Below are positions 1 through 13,390 of a stretch of DNA of 64,000 bases, piece after piece. The DNA comes from Potamilus streckersoni. Taxonomy: Eukaryota. A program made the translations under genes and the position numbers. The first letter of the stretch is position 1, and each line of letters starts with the position of its first letter. Location of the stretch: NCBI GenBank assembly GCA_016746295.1, contig JAEAOA010000822.1:758104-822103 (forward strand). The letters are read 5' to 3'. Below the pieces are notes generated by a model. That model was not told where the DNA came from and made no database searches. It saw nothing but the letters and a program-made list of their open reading frames with translations.

Positions 1-849
1 GTATGTACTTTAAAATAAGTTATTAAGAATCTAACTATGCTGGAATAACTACATGTATATAATTAGAGTAGCTTGTAGAAGAATGTAGTGTACCTTCAGA
101 AACTTTAGTTTTTGGAATAAAACAAAATTCGATTTTTCTTTTCAATATTAATAAATGTCTAAGTAAACTGTCATGTATCTTGCAAGGAAGGAAAGTTACC
201 ATTAAATTGTTTCGCACATTCGAAATTTTTTTTTCTGTCCAAAAGACATAACATATATACATGTGTTTATCTTATTCATTCTCATAGTTCCATTTATTCA
301 TCCATCGATAAATTTTCTCTTTCACACAGCCGCTTGTTTACATATGAATTCAACCCTAATATGTATCTCGGACGAGCACGCTTACTTGAACTCCAGCGAA
401 GAAAGGACCCGATCTTGGAGAGATTTGTCCGGGTCTACCTTGTTTTCCGGACAGTGGTAAGACCGCACAACTTATCTAAAGTAGATAATATCATAGATGT
501 AATTGATGGATACGTGAAATCAATACGAATTTGATGAACTTATGTATAAAAGGTAATATGAAAGTGTACTAAATTATTATCATGGCTTGTTTTATATGTG
601 TGCGTATTCAACTGCAATTATATTTCTGATATCCTATTGAGTTTGAAAGAAAAGGTCATTACACAAAAGAGACAACGACAGTAAAGGTTAAAGCAAATTA
701 AACTGATATTTTGCTTTGACAATACAGATATTTAGAGAGAACATATGATGTTACATTTTGGCAAGCAGATATACATTTCCATCATATTATCAAAATAGTT
801 CACGTTGAATCTTGATCATAATACAAATAAGACAAACAGACAGACATAC

Positions 850-1193
850 TTCTGCTCCTAGTGTTTGTTTCATTTCATTCATGAAAATCTCTTCTGTGAG
901 TTGAAGTTTGTCAAGATTGTCTTTAGGTTGCTCTGACATTATGAACATGACTTCTGAACCATCCTTCTTTGCGTACCAGAACAATTGGTAATGAAGATCT
1001 TTGTCTGAGGTGTTATTTGAAGGCTCAAACTTACAGACGAAATGTACACGACTGTACACATCCACTGACTGTTCTACAACTTCAATCGGAAATACCGATG
1101 GTGTTGGCGGTACAAATGTAGGTGACTCACCTAGCGATATATTATAACAAGATTTATTAGATGCAGAAATGAAATGTACGTGTGCATTGTGAT
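850..1193 (-). CDS. Downstream exon of the minus-strand uromodulin-like (D8C) gene. It encodes about 114 aa of unknown fold (DHNAHVHFISASNKSCYNISLGESPTFVPPTPSVFPIEVV...MKQTLGAE). It may instead be the terminal coding exon, running to the stop at 790 and ending in the hydrophobic tail VCLSVCLICIMI.
   Basis: Part of the minus ORF 790-1227. Acceptor tctttcag|AT at 1194/1193 gives phase 1, matching the phase-1 donors of the upstream D8C exons. A strong GAA|GTATGT donor follows at 850/849. No domain was recognised from memory. Confidence 0.4.
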
Positions 1194-2445
1194 CTGAAAG
1201 ACTATGTGATATTTGTTCTTTGTACATGAATATGCAAATTTAGATTATCAGTTGAATAACTTCTACATGAACTAGTATTATTATTATATTTCTTAAGAGT
1301 ATATGTAATAATTGATTTATAGTTACCTATTCATCCTTTCCATTAGTTAGAATTTTGAAACAATTCTGAATCAATGCGAAAACTTAAGCTATTATATGTA
1401 TATAAGTACTCGTACGTTCCTGGAATCCTATTTGAGACATGAATTAAGCGATCTATGTGATACCCAGTTTGAGAAAATATGTTTGCAAAAATAACAGATA
1501 TAGATACTACTTGTGCTGCTGATGTTTAGATTGAAATACATGTCAAACACTTAGATATGCACTGACAGATGTAAAAACTTCAAATATGTCTAAATAAAGC
1601 CGAGATGCTAACGTAGCTTGCACGAACAATTACTAGTCTATTTATCTTTTGTATACTGTTCTTGGATAATATTATACATTTATTCACATCAAACTCATAA
1701 ATAAGGATAGATAATAGAATATGTAGTGTTGACGACTTTCAATCACCGTTTGTATAATTTTGCTTTCATGCTGTCCTCCTAATGTCATTTTATCATTTAT
1801 TTTGCATTTCATCACAAATACTTACTTATACAAGTGTAAGAGATACGTATTTCGTTTCTCTACAGGTTGTGAATATTCTTAGCACTTTCAAAGTAGTATT
1901 ATTATCATTCTTATAATTTCAAACAACTAGTTGAATTCACTAACGCATTCAATAAACCTTTAACATAGATTTTTCAATGTATCACAGAACAATATATTGT
2001 TGTTTTAACAACAGAATGATTGCTAGCACTATTAAAAATCAGTAACATTGCTCATTTATTTACTTACCGCCCGTGCCAATGCCTGAAAATAAAAAAAGAA
2101 AGATTCAGCATTCAACTCAAAAACAATATTTGTTTCTTCGTCGTAACTTAAAACAAATAAGAAAAACTTCTTACCGACCTCTATGCAAAATTTGCAACAG
2201 TATTAAACCTTTTAAACTCAACGAACATTTTATATAAAAGCAATATTAAATGATAAACATTTACGAAAGTGCTAATATAGAATATAGTGTATTTATCCAT
2301 GTCAAACACATTTTAGAGTGCTAGTTTTTGTTGCATCAACATAAAATAGACATAATATCCAATTTAAGAAAGATTTTAAATAGGGTCTGTACATTTCAAA
2401 CATTGTTAGAAACATTTTGAATAGTTGAATTTAATCCAATCTTAC

Positions 2446-2610
2446 CAAAACAGAATGCCTCCTGTCTGCTTGCTGTTTTAGTCAAATAATACACCGAGAA
2501 TGTTCCACAGTTTTTTACTTTGATGTTGTATTCGATGGCGCAAAACGATTGTGCATTAACTGTACATGCAATTCTGTCTACAGTACCATTCTGTACTGTT
2601 GGATGAGTAC
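2446..2610 (-). CDS. Uromodulin/GP2-like D8C domain, second half (exon). It translates to G-THPTVQNGTVDRIACTVNAQSFCAIEYNIKVKNCGTFSVYYLTKTASRQEAFCF-G.
   Basis: Minus-strand acceptor ttctcaattcag|GT and donor TTTG|gtaaga. The exon is 165 nt, phase 1/1, the same length and phase as the plus-strand paralog 14689-14853. The NGTHP...C...CC-like...VKNC..F.VY.LT...C pattern matches the uromodulin D8C C-terminal half (NGTHPS...[23 protein letters not shown]). Confidence 0.6.
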
Positions 2611-3089
2611 CTGAATTGAGAATAAAATATCGATATATTTATTACAAATGTATATTGTACACATTGCCAATGCATTCAGGAGTGAAGTAAAGTCTCAATA
2701 TCTGCAAAAAATACCCCCTTAATAATAGTGTAAACTCCCCAAAACCCCTAATGTCGTCGGAATAGTGTGGTCCTTTGAAACTTTTTGTGTAAAGGATAGG
2801 CACTTGTCGCTTCATTTAAACTTATTCATTATCGTTTGGAAATAAGGTCTTTATATGACAACCGAATATATAACAAGAAAACAAAACTGTTGTATATTCC
2901 TATACTTCTTTCAAATGATTGCAAATAAATTATTCAACGATGAAATACTTGTAGAAAACCATCTACATATATGATGTATACCTTTACTACATGTGTGCAA
3001 TATATTGACAATCTTTAAATATAGCGTGTGTGCGCTTTTCAACTGCTATCAAAATTGTAAATTGTATAAAGATCGCCGAAGTAGGAGTA

Positions 3090-3096
<7 letters not shown>

Positions 3097-3180
<84 letters not shown>

Positions 3181-3195
3181 GTGTGTGTGTGTGTG
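3097..3195. repeat. Compound microsatellite (AT)~25 followed by (GT)~24.
   Basis: Direct reading of the sequence. Confidence 0.95.
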
Positions 3196-3420
3196 AAATG
3201 TTGGTATACGGTACATGACAGATTGAAAGCGGATCAGTTCAAACAATAAAAGTAAATATCATTAGAGTAAATGTTGAGGTTTGAATCGCATGCCATACCT
3301 TTTTATCTAAGTGATTCATTACATGGACATGGATACACATGATCGCGATGCAATTTAATTAATTATTATCACATTTCACTCGACTGACGCCATATTCGAA
3401 GTGTTAAGAACTGTAGTTAC

Positions 3421-3615
3421 CATTCATCCATATTGGGAACTGTGTCCCACAGACATACAGCGATGACGGTTTTTCAGTTGGCATAATTTCGGTTCCCGCC
3501 TTGTACCAGCCCGGGTTTAGGAAGAAGTCATGCACTATGACTTCAGAGACATGGTAGTTGTAGTAACGCTGCCCAGCATTTGGGATAGTCAAAGAGTTAC
3601 CACATTCATCCTGTG
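3421..3615 (-). CDS. Uromodulin/GP2-like D8C domain, first half (exon). It translates to ...QDECGNSLTIPNAGQRYYNYHVSEVIVHDFFLNPGWYKAGTEIMPTEKPSSLYVCGTQFPIWMNG.
   Basis: Minus ORF 3404-3592; its 'M' is a TTG. Acceptor tttccag/tttcag at 3616-3622 and donor AATG|gtaact at 3421. The GWY(K/R)...CGT..PIWMNG motif matches uromodulin GWYRF...[12 protein letters not shown]. Confidence 0.6.
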
Positions 3616-4292
3616 CTGAAACTGGAAATATGTCATTATTTTATAGTTCCTTCCGAGAGTGCTCAGTTCAAGCGCTCATTCACCAACATTTACATTCAAC
3701 TTAAGTCAAGGCATAACGTATGGTTATACTTACGATATATTAACATGAGAACGTTTCTGCCATTCATTTTACGATTTAGTAATTACAATAAAGCTCACAA
3801 CATTTATGATGTTTGCAAGGGTTATGCCAAAACTATGTAAACAGCTCCTTTAGTGCAAAGCAATACGAATATTACTGAACATTAAGAAAAATTATTTGCA
3901 TGTTACATTTTCTCTTTACATAATTTAAATAATGTTGCAAACTATTTAAATGTTTCTTGTTGCTAGCAAGAAGGCAAGTTCTATTTATTTCGAATGATAT
4001 TAGAACTGTTTGCCAAATTATGCCAAATTCATCCACAATTGTGAACAACTACAATATTACTGACAAATTGTCTCATAGTTTAGAAACCATTCTTCATAGC
4101 ATTGTTAATATTTTGTCACATGTTTCTAAATTTTCCTTTAATTGGGTGAATATTATGAGTCTGATCGATAATAGGCAAACGCTACATACGACTGATTTGA
4201 AATATTTTCTGCCATGAACATTCTACCGCAATATAGATTTTTGACACACTTGTCTATTACTCTTTAGTTAATGGAAGGATGTATGTGTCTCT

Positions 4293-4319
4293 GTGTGTGC
4301 ACGTTTGTGTGTGTGTGTA

Positions 4320-4369
<50 letters not shown>
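4293..4369. repeat. Compound microsatellite (GT)n followed by (GA)n.
   Basis: Direct reading of the sequence. Confidence 0.9.
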
Positions 4370-4372
<3 letters not shown>

Positions 4373-5458
4373 CTTGCAGGAAAACCAAAATGAAAACTAC
4401 AGATGTAAATACCATCTTGTGGATATCACGTTTAGTGCTTCGGGAATTGAACTAAATGGTCTTTATATGTACATTTTGTATCTCCGTAAAATTTATGACA
4501 AGGTATGATATAATGATTTTATTAACATACGAAGAATGTTTCGGATTGTTTTGAGCTGAAATTTATTTCATCTAGATGACTACCTTGAACCGATTCTAAT
4601 AAAACGAGACTACGCGTAGGTACCAAGTGAAACGCTAATAAAAGTGTCAGATACGATATATCATGTTTAAGGCGACAGATTGCAACACTTTAGGATCATC
4701 CTGTTTCGGGACGTTGCTCACATCATAACATATAACAAATAAACGTTGATAGCCTAAGAAAGATATAAAAAATTACATCCGAAACAGTTATTTAATCATG
4801 CAGAAAATTGTATATTGCTTCAAAAAGATAGTTTTTGTCTTAATGGAGACAAGACATGGTATTTGACGTCAGAAGGAAATATAAAAAGCTAAATTAAAAT
4901 ATATTCATCTCCCCAAAAATATGTAAAGATACCAGTTGGTATATAAATTTACATATTTAAACCATGAACAAACATTGTGATTGCCATGGATACCAGAGTA
5001 AAGATGTTTTCCTTGTGATAGGTGGTACATCAAATTCAATTAAAAGAAGGATTGCGATTTTATCATGACAGAAAAACCAGGTATATTATTATGAACATGA
5101 CACGACATCGCTGTGAAGCCAAAAAAATATTTTGATAGAAAGGAAGACACCGATTATTGCCACACGAACCAGTAATTTAAGCACGCGGGTAAATTTAATA
5201 TGAAGCCAAATATTTTCCTTTTAAGAAAAATCAAACATAAGCAAGAAACATAACTGGGGAGAATGGATTAAAACAACTCATTTTGTATTTATTTTCTGGC
5301 TTTGACAAGCTGATTTATTGGGTCCTTTAAAGTTTTAAAAGAGCATCGACACACTTTAGCGTTTGTATGAAAATTTGGAGCATTCAATATGCCAACAAGG
5401 AAAAGAAACGTTGATAACAAATTTATTTGTTCATAGGTCTAAGATGAATGGTATAAAG

Positions 5459-5578
5459 AGTTGTTGTTGTTCAGGGGTTTAACGCCACTTTTCAGTACAC
5501 GATAGGTTATACATGGCGGCTAGCATCAATGGTGGAGGAAGAAACCGGGAAATCACCGGAAAGAACCACCGACTCACG
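5459..5578 (-). mobile_element. tRNA-derived SINE family 1, tail-side portion with a (GTT)n tail. The SINE is split by the insertion of the 5579-9274 element.
   Basis: About 90% identical to the corresponding part of the intact SINE copy at 53718-53967. Homology stops abruptly at ...ccgactcacg. Confidence 0.6.
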
Positions 5579-6032
5579 GACATAGTACACAATTAATTTC
5601 ACTATATATTCTCTACATTTGTTTCTCAGTACTGAACTTTCCACTGTGTGACAATCAATACAAATCATATGTTAATCTAAAATACCTTCAAAGATGACTT
5701 TACGGTTTAGTTCTTGTCAAGGGTTGACCTGCATTTTTTTGAGAGGCTGAATTGTAAACAAAACACCAGGCAACGGAACACAGAATTCACTTCCGGATCA
5801 TCACCATGACCTTATTACTCAATGTGCACTGTCGCCGAAATACACACAGACAACCACACCATAAGCTCACATTTTAAAGAATAAACAATTGCCTTTAAAT
5901 CCTTACCAAGAATGCCAAAATCTGACTCTAGTATCACCACTAAATTTAGACCGGAAAAAGTGATCTAAAAATAGACTGGGACTACATTCGTGGGTACTGA
6001 ACCGGATTTTATTAATTGTGTACCGATTCCTG
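5579..6032. repeat. Terminal direct repeat, left copy.
   Basis: Matches 8812-9274 apart from small indels. Confidence 0.8.
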
Positions 6033-8811
6033 AAAGGGTCAATGATTTTGTCAAACTTTTATATTTGCATTTTATTTTGCATGCCACTACTGTTTCAACT
6101 TCATACATAAAGTCTTTTGAAATTTCCTTGCAAGCAAGACATGTGACAGCTGTCAGAAAGTGTGTAGTGCTGGTGTTCTATAGGGTGCAATTTGAGGTCC
6201 AATTGTTCTTAAGAAACCAAAACTAAATTTGCTATATCTTCCTTAATTATAGGAATTTTTCAATGCAGTAAAAACCTAATTGTAATACTTGATAAGGCCT
6301 GTCTGAAAATAGTCTTGAAATTAAAAATATTGATATATTAAATTTAAATGAAAATTTTAAAAAATATATAAATTTTAAAAACTTTTTATTTTACAAAAAA
6401 TAAATTTTCATACAAGTTATGACATTCAGTTTGACAAATTTAAGGCAGCAATGTTGATTAATGAATGGTCTTTAAAACAAATGGTAGTTTAGGTCTGTAC
6501 AACTGATAATATTAATCCCAGGGGTACTGAAGCATGATAGCTCACAGTGATTTTGACAGCAAATTACAATATGCCTATCCAGATGCATATAGGTGTACAT
6601 ACTAAAGAAACAATGACAGGTACTATGTTCCACATTTATTGTTTCAGGTACTTGGACAGTTGTTTGTATAACTAATATCCCACTCAAATTTAAAGTTTTG
6701 ATGGGACCACTACCATGTTTTATAGCAAATATGCATTCCATTTTAATGCCGATAACTACAAAAGTCAACAATGCAATATGAAAATACAGTTTCACCTTAC
6801 TGAAAAAAGATGCGAATCTCTCTCATGAAGATCTAAGCCATGTCTTTGAGATGCTGTATATCAGTGTACTGATATGAACTCATCTTGGTCACTTATAGCA
6901 GCACACTGCACATGTCCTTATGAGACCTTGCTATCACCATTGGACTACTGGAGAGCTTCCAAATTGATCCAACTCTAATACTTTGTTTCAGATACCAGAC
7001 TAGACCTGAAAATATATAACATGTTTCACTTAATTCTAAAAAAAGGAAGATGTAGGCAAATGAAGTTAAAATGTGTTAGATATGGTGATTTCAATATAAC
7101 ATTCAGGTTGCAAATATGGTTAAAAAAGGTAAACTTGATAGAGTGACACTCAAAGATGTGAAGCAATGGGCATGTATTAAAGTGACAAATGCATCCTAAA
7201 AATAGATGAAGTTTCTACAAGCATATTTAGCCATTTACAGGTTAAATAACTAATCAGGTAGAGTATGTATCATAAAGTTTAAGGCAATGTTGGAATGGTG
7301 AGGTTTGATCATTGGTGCAAACATTGATACATACCAGTATAGTGGAAAGTCAAATGACAATGTACCAAATTAAAATTTATTACTATATGCAATCCTATTC
7401 ATGAAGGAAAAAACAATTTTAGATATTGTGAGTGAATATAGCAAAATGTGGCCACACAGATCAACTATAGGTACCAATAGATCCTATATCATCAACTAAA
7501 TGTGAAATTTGCATCCCGAAAACTTGTAAACAAGGATGGATATTTGCATGTGTGGGACATATGCAATGTACTTGTTAAAATCACATGTGCAAACATGATT
7601 CAAATAATCTGTTTGAATATTTTTAGTCTATTTTTAAGAGTCTTGGCTACCAAGGTTTTAAGTTCAATGATTCAATGATTCAATGGAATGAAATATCAGC
7701 TGATGCTGCAATACCGCCCTCTGTCAAAGTACTAAATTGAAATGTGTTACCATACAGAGGCATATTCATGATGAAAATAACATCTTGGGATATTTTAAGT
7801 GCACACAATCAAAACTGAGCCTTACAGATTCACTATAGGTACCATGTCAGCCTAACAATGTCAACTTTTGATTCCAAACATTACAAAATATATGCATATT
7901 TGTTCATGTCAGCTATGTAACCATGTTAGGATCAGTTGTAGAAAGTTAAATTCAAATAATCTGTTTGAATATTACTTATGTAATCTTTAAAGTGTCAGAT
8001 AACAAATATTATTAGTCATTAATAATGCATAAAGCAAAATGGATCATGAGAATTCCCATATCATCTAGGCTACAATGTCGCACTACATCAATCAACATCT
8101 TAAAGAAACTGAACAATAAAATGGAATGCATTCTGTGTTCAACTTACATCATTTTGCTGTTTTCTTACATGCAATGGTAAATATACCTGGCTAAAGTATA
8201 TTTTACCCCTCTGACCTGTATTTCATTCTCTGACAGCTTAATATGAATTTGTAGACAACTTGAACAGGTTCTAGTATAAAGTCTTCATCTCTGTCCTCTC
8301 ACTAAATACCCTATAACTATGGTTATAAACAATTACTGATAGCTATACAAGCAGATATGTGTTACTCAGGAAGCCACCCCATCATAAACACATAAATTAG
8401 CTGTTTGAACCCCAAATAAATAGTTTCAATGACCTAAAGGTACAAAGCAAAGTAGAATTTTGTCTTCATGTATTTTAAATGAGGGTCTCATTTTGACTAA
8501 TAAAGATATTTTCTCTGATCAAATTTGACAAATATCCATCATTTGAGCTTGTATATGGTGTAGGAGTATATATATGCTGATATCATTTAATATCATTCCC
8601 AAAAAATATTATATATGTGTATACTTGGTGGAAAATTTTTATTTTTTAATTGTTTTTTTAAATTTCATTTAAATTTTTAAAATTAAAATTATTTTTTTAT
8701 TTTTAATTTCATTTTTATATTTTTAAAGTCAATATACATAACCTATTAAAATTTCATGTGTATGTCATTATTAATAAAAATTTTATATCAGTTTCAAGTT
8801 TTTACTGACAG

Positions 8812-9274
8812 GACATAGTACACAATTAATTTCACTATATATTCTCTACATTTGTTTCTCAGTACTGAACTTTCCACTGTGTGACAATCAATACAAATCA
8901 TATGTTAATCTAAAATACCTTCAAAGATGACTTTACGGTTTAGTTCTTGTCAAGGGTTGACCTGCATTTTTTTGCGAGGCTGAATTGTAAACAAAACACC
9001 AGGCAACGGAACACAGAATTCACTTCCGGATCATCACCATGACCTTATTACTCAATGTGCACTGTCGCCGAAATACACACAGACAACCACACCATAAGCT
9101 CACATTTTAAAGAATAAACAATTGCCTTTAAATCCTTACCAAGAATGCCAAAATCTGACTCTAGTATCACCACTAAATTTAGACCGGAAAAAGTGATCTA
9201 AAAATAGACTGGGACTACATTCGTGGGTACTGAACCGGATTTTATTAATTGTGTACCGATTCCTCACGAGAAGC
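8812..9274. repeat. Terminal direct repeat, right copy.
   Basis: Matches 5579-6032. Confidence 0.8.
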
Positions 9275-9410
9275 TACTGGCAAGCTTTCTCACATATCTA
9301 CATTCGCCGAATCTTAGACTCGAACCCACGCATGCAGAAGTGAGATGGCAGGAATCCGTAACGGAGAGTGCTTTAGACCACTTGATCACTCGGGGCCCCT
9401 TGGTATAAAG
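9275..9410 (-). mobile_element. tRNA-derived SINE family 1, head-side portion (tRNA-like end ...cactcggggcccc).
   Basis: Continues the SINE consensus exactly where 5578 leaves off (cacgagaagctac...). The tRNA-like head is GGGGCCCCGAGTGG...GTTCGAGTC on the minus strand. Confidence 0.6.
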
Positions 9411-10971
9411 AGACTAAACTGTAATTTACCTAAATATAAGTATACATTATTCTGCTAGTTACGAACATATTTGTACCTAAATATCAACATAAGGATAGCC
9501 TATAAATGGGTGAACATAAAACAGAGGATTTACTGGTCAAAGATGATATAATTGTTTAACAAAGGCTAAATCTTAAACTAAAATTATCATGCCAAAGCTG
9601 ATATTATCAATAATCAATGGAGTAAAGATTTTAATGCTGCACTGTCATTTTTGTGTATAAGTTTAATTTAGAAACACCAGTAATGGAGATAGTAATTTAT
9701 TCCTTTACTGCCAGACGCAAGGTTTAATGCATTGACAATTATGTGCATTATTCTTGTTACATTTACTGATAACAAGCAAAATGAGTCCTTTTAAAATTTC
9801 CCTCAATTATTTCAGTAGGATTGTAAGCACACAGATAAGATATCCATATAACCAAATAATCTTATTTAGATAATTTGCCATTCATGGAGTACCTTTGCTA
9901 CTACTTTGCTCTTTCTTTGCTATATTTTGAAGCATTATGCTTCAGGTTTTTTCACCTGTCTCTTATACTATGTTTAATGCCGATAACTTCGAGTGAGTCT
10001 AGTCCCCATTAGTTCATTCAGGGACTTTTCGGAATTGTATATTTCGCATTCTTGTTGGAATATGCCTACCTTACTTTAGCTATTAATTATATTTCTTCTG
10101 AAGTGATTTCTTATAAGTGTTGCTTACATAGAAATCTCGTTAGTGTAAGTATTGTATACAAATATATGTGGTCACGTTGAAATGATAACAGATAAAGTAG
10201 TATTGGTTCCATTGATTTATTTGTAAAAGTAACATTCTGAAATGAAGATGAATTATTTGAATGTTCCAGTTAACGCATGGTTATGGTCATTTTGTCAGTT
10301 CTGCGATAGTAATACTGAGCAAATGACCGCTCACTATATTAATGGCAAAGCCGCCGACGAAAATAGTAATTCTGGGCGATATATATTTAGTAATTTACCT
10401 TTTTTCTTCAAACATAACATATATATGAAGTGTATCCTCCCTTTCCAAATATTAAATCACAATGCCTTGGTTCTCTTGTTTTTTTGTTAGATATAAATAA
10501 TGCCTTCCTAAGATAATCTTGATACTAGCGTAATATCATTTTATCTTGTGTTTGCAAGTAAATTGCCTTAGGCTGATGAATCTTTTATCGACGAATTATT
10601 TATAAGCAAATATAACAACAACAAAAAACAAAAGCCGAAGTATTAACTATTATTCAATTATTAAAACCGTACCTTGCAGAAATAAAGTTCTCTTAAATAT
10701 TATTATTGAACTCTTTAGTTTAATATCCAAATTTCTTAGAAGGTCTAAAGTGTCTCTACTTGAATATTTCACATTCAGTAATCCAACATATTATTAAATT
10801 ATACGATGTTTACAACAATACTTGTGAGGAACACATACGTTCATGTAAAACGAATCTCTCCAATCTACAAAAGGGGAACTTATATCGATTCAATTGTTTT
10901 CTTGTCTTCAGGTGAACTCCAGCCAACAAATAAGTTCTGATATTGAAAGGAAAGATAGTTCGATGTTTTAC

Positions 10972-11322
<351 letters not shown>

Positions 11323-12359
11323 TTTTGTAGTTCTTCCTTTGAAGACAATATAAACATTTTTCAGAGTTAAGGCAAACGTGAATAATTAGAGGCAAGAGTG
11401 GAACCAACAACGTGGAGAAGACGAGTAAGCGTGTACATAGCTTTGAAATCTGATACGTCCATCCATCCAATAACAATATGATTCAAATCTTTAATTTCGA
11501 AATTCAGTGGTTATGTTGCGTTTATCCATAAGATTTATTTTTGCAGGCACGGCTAAATTGATTCCCCAAAGCAAAGGATTACATTATCCTAGTGTATTCT
11601 TTACCACCAAGAACAAGCAACGCATCCCTCACTACATAACTATTAATAACTTAATTGAATGCTTCAAATAAATTATTATTTTGGCATATTCAAACAGATA
11701 AATAATAATGTCTTCTTAACAATAGCCAACCTATTTATTACCCGAGTTTAGATTTATTATCAAAGTCATAAAGAGTGCCTATCGTTATTTTCTTTCGGTT
11801 GAAATGCAAACCTGACAGCAACGTGTGTTTCAAGGGCTTTCCAACATGAAGGATTTATTATCCGTATGTTTCAAACTGATACGAAATTCTTTAGTCTGAA
11901 TTATACACCATACAATAATAAGCAGAGACGAAATCACAACCTGTTAAAATTAAGCTCAAGAAACTGTGCTATATTCAAAATAATATGATAGTTACAAGAT
12001 ATTATCAATGGATATAGCGCTTTACTTGCACATCGTGGCTCTATTGTACACAACTGGTTCTGAAGGTATGTATCAATAAGCCTCATTAAAAAGAGGGTAT
12101 CAACACGTACTAAAAATATCTATAAGTAACGTTTTGTATTTATTGTATCCTCTGATCACAAAACGGAATAAAGAAACAATCAGCGACTTCATAAGAAAAC
12201 CTCCTTTATGAATCTCTTTCAGTGGTAATATTTTTAGTACGTGGTTTAAGTAACAAATGTCATTTGCGATTGTCGAGCAACATGTTTGCTTTTTTATTAG
12301 TATTTTTCTCAAATAGAAAATATGATCGCTATATTTAACAAACATTTCAAATAATGCAG

Positions 12360-12575
12360 AAGTATCAGATCCGTGCATGGATGGACAACATAAAGAACTT
12401 CACCGAGGGAAATACAGAGGAACTATGTGCCCTTTCAACCCCCAAAAACCTGTTTGTGACAGAAATATTAAAGCTGGTTGGTACAAGGTGATGGGTGAAT
12501 ATGGACCACTTCAAATGCCTGATACGAATGTCAGAGTATCATACTGTGGTACAAACTATCCAATTTGGATGAACG
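12360..12575 (+). CDS. Uromodulin/GP2-like D8C domain, first half (exon), plus-strand copy A. It translates to (V)SDPCMDGQHKELHRGKYRGTMCPFNPQKPVCDRNIKAGWYKVMGEYGPLQMPDTNVRVSYCGTNYPIWMNG.
   Basis: ORF 12377-12583. Acceptor aataatgcag|AA at 12359/12360 and canonical donor AACG|gtgagt at 12575/12576, phase 1/1. The pattern DPC...C...C...GWY..........C.T..P.W.NG parallels uromodulin [62 protein letters not shown]. Confidence 0.65.
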
Positions 12576-13297
12576 GTGAGTAAGAACGGTTGTCAAGAAA
12601 TTGATTTTAATGTTTTCAGCCTTTGGCGTTTATTCAATGTACTTTTAGAATCTATCAGACAAAAAGAAAACATGTTTATTTTTTTAAAAATGAGGAAATC
12701 GCTTTTGTGCTAGATTTTCCCACAACTATTCCGAAAGGTTTTATTATATAATCTTTATTATTTGATTGCTTGCCTAATTGAATTTCGATCTATCGATCAA
12801 CTGAAATATAATTATATTTAAATATATTTAAAGACGTACATTCATCAAGACATCGATGCATATTTATTGGTTTTTATTTTCTACTTCATGCATGATTGAT
12901 TTGCTTGAATTTAGAACATAAGCAAATGTTACACATAGCAAAGTTATAAACAATTACACATTTATTTTTTTTCCTATCTGCTTGTTGAATTTCCAGTTCC
13001 ATTGGTCTACGTATTTTCTATTAGTTACTCTTTGTTTATTTTGTATGCATAGCTAGTTCTATTTCATACTTTTTGTACTTTTGTAAGATATGTTTGTTAA
13101 ATGAAAAATTTTCTCTCCCTACCACACGCGCGTGTAAACCTGTATTTGCACTTTGCTTTGTAACTATTGCTATTGCTTTTACTTCACATTTTCCATTTTG
13201 CTGCTTCGTTAAATTTACAATAACTTTTTATACTCTGTTAGACAGACGAATATATGATTGGGGCAATTATATTAATAACCGATAAAGATGAGCCAAA

Positions 13298-13305
<8 letters not shown>

Positions 13306-13388
<83 letters not shown>
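13306..13388. repeat. (AT)n microsatellite, followed at 13390-13520 by a partial SINE family 1 fragment.
   Basis: Direct reading. 13395-13510 resembles the SINE body (ttaaacgtcatttttcagctc...ggtggaggagg...). Confidence 0.7.

Positions 13389-13390
<2 letters not shown>

Larger units (their letters stand above)
5579..9274. mobile_element. A 3.7-kb non-coding element bounded by about 455-bp terminal direct repeats. It is LTR-like, of the LARD/TRIM type, has no ORFs, and is inserted into a SINE with a 4-bp target-site duplication 'cacg'.
   Basis: The direct repeats 5579-6032 and 8812-9274 are nearly identical. The flanks 5459-5578 and 9275-9410 are contiguous halves of a SINE, and 'cacg' is present at both junctions. 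The internal 2.8 kb is AT-rich low complexity. No primer-binding site, polypurine tract or TG..CA termini were found. Confidence 0.4.
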
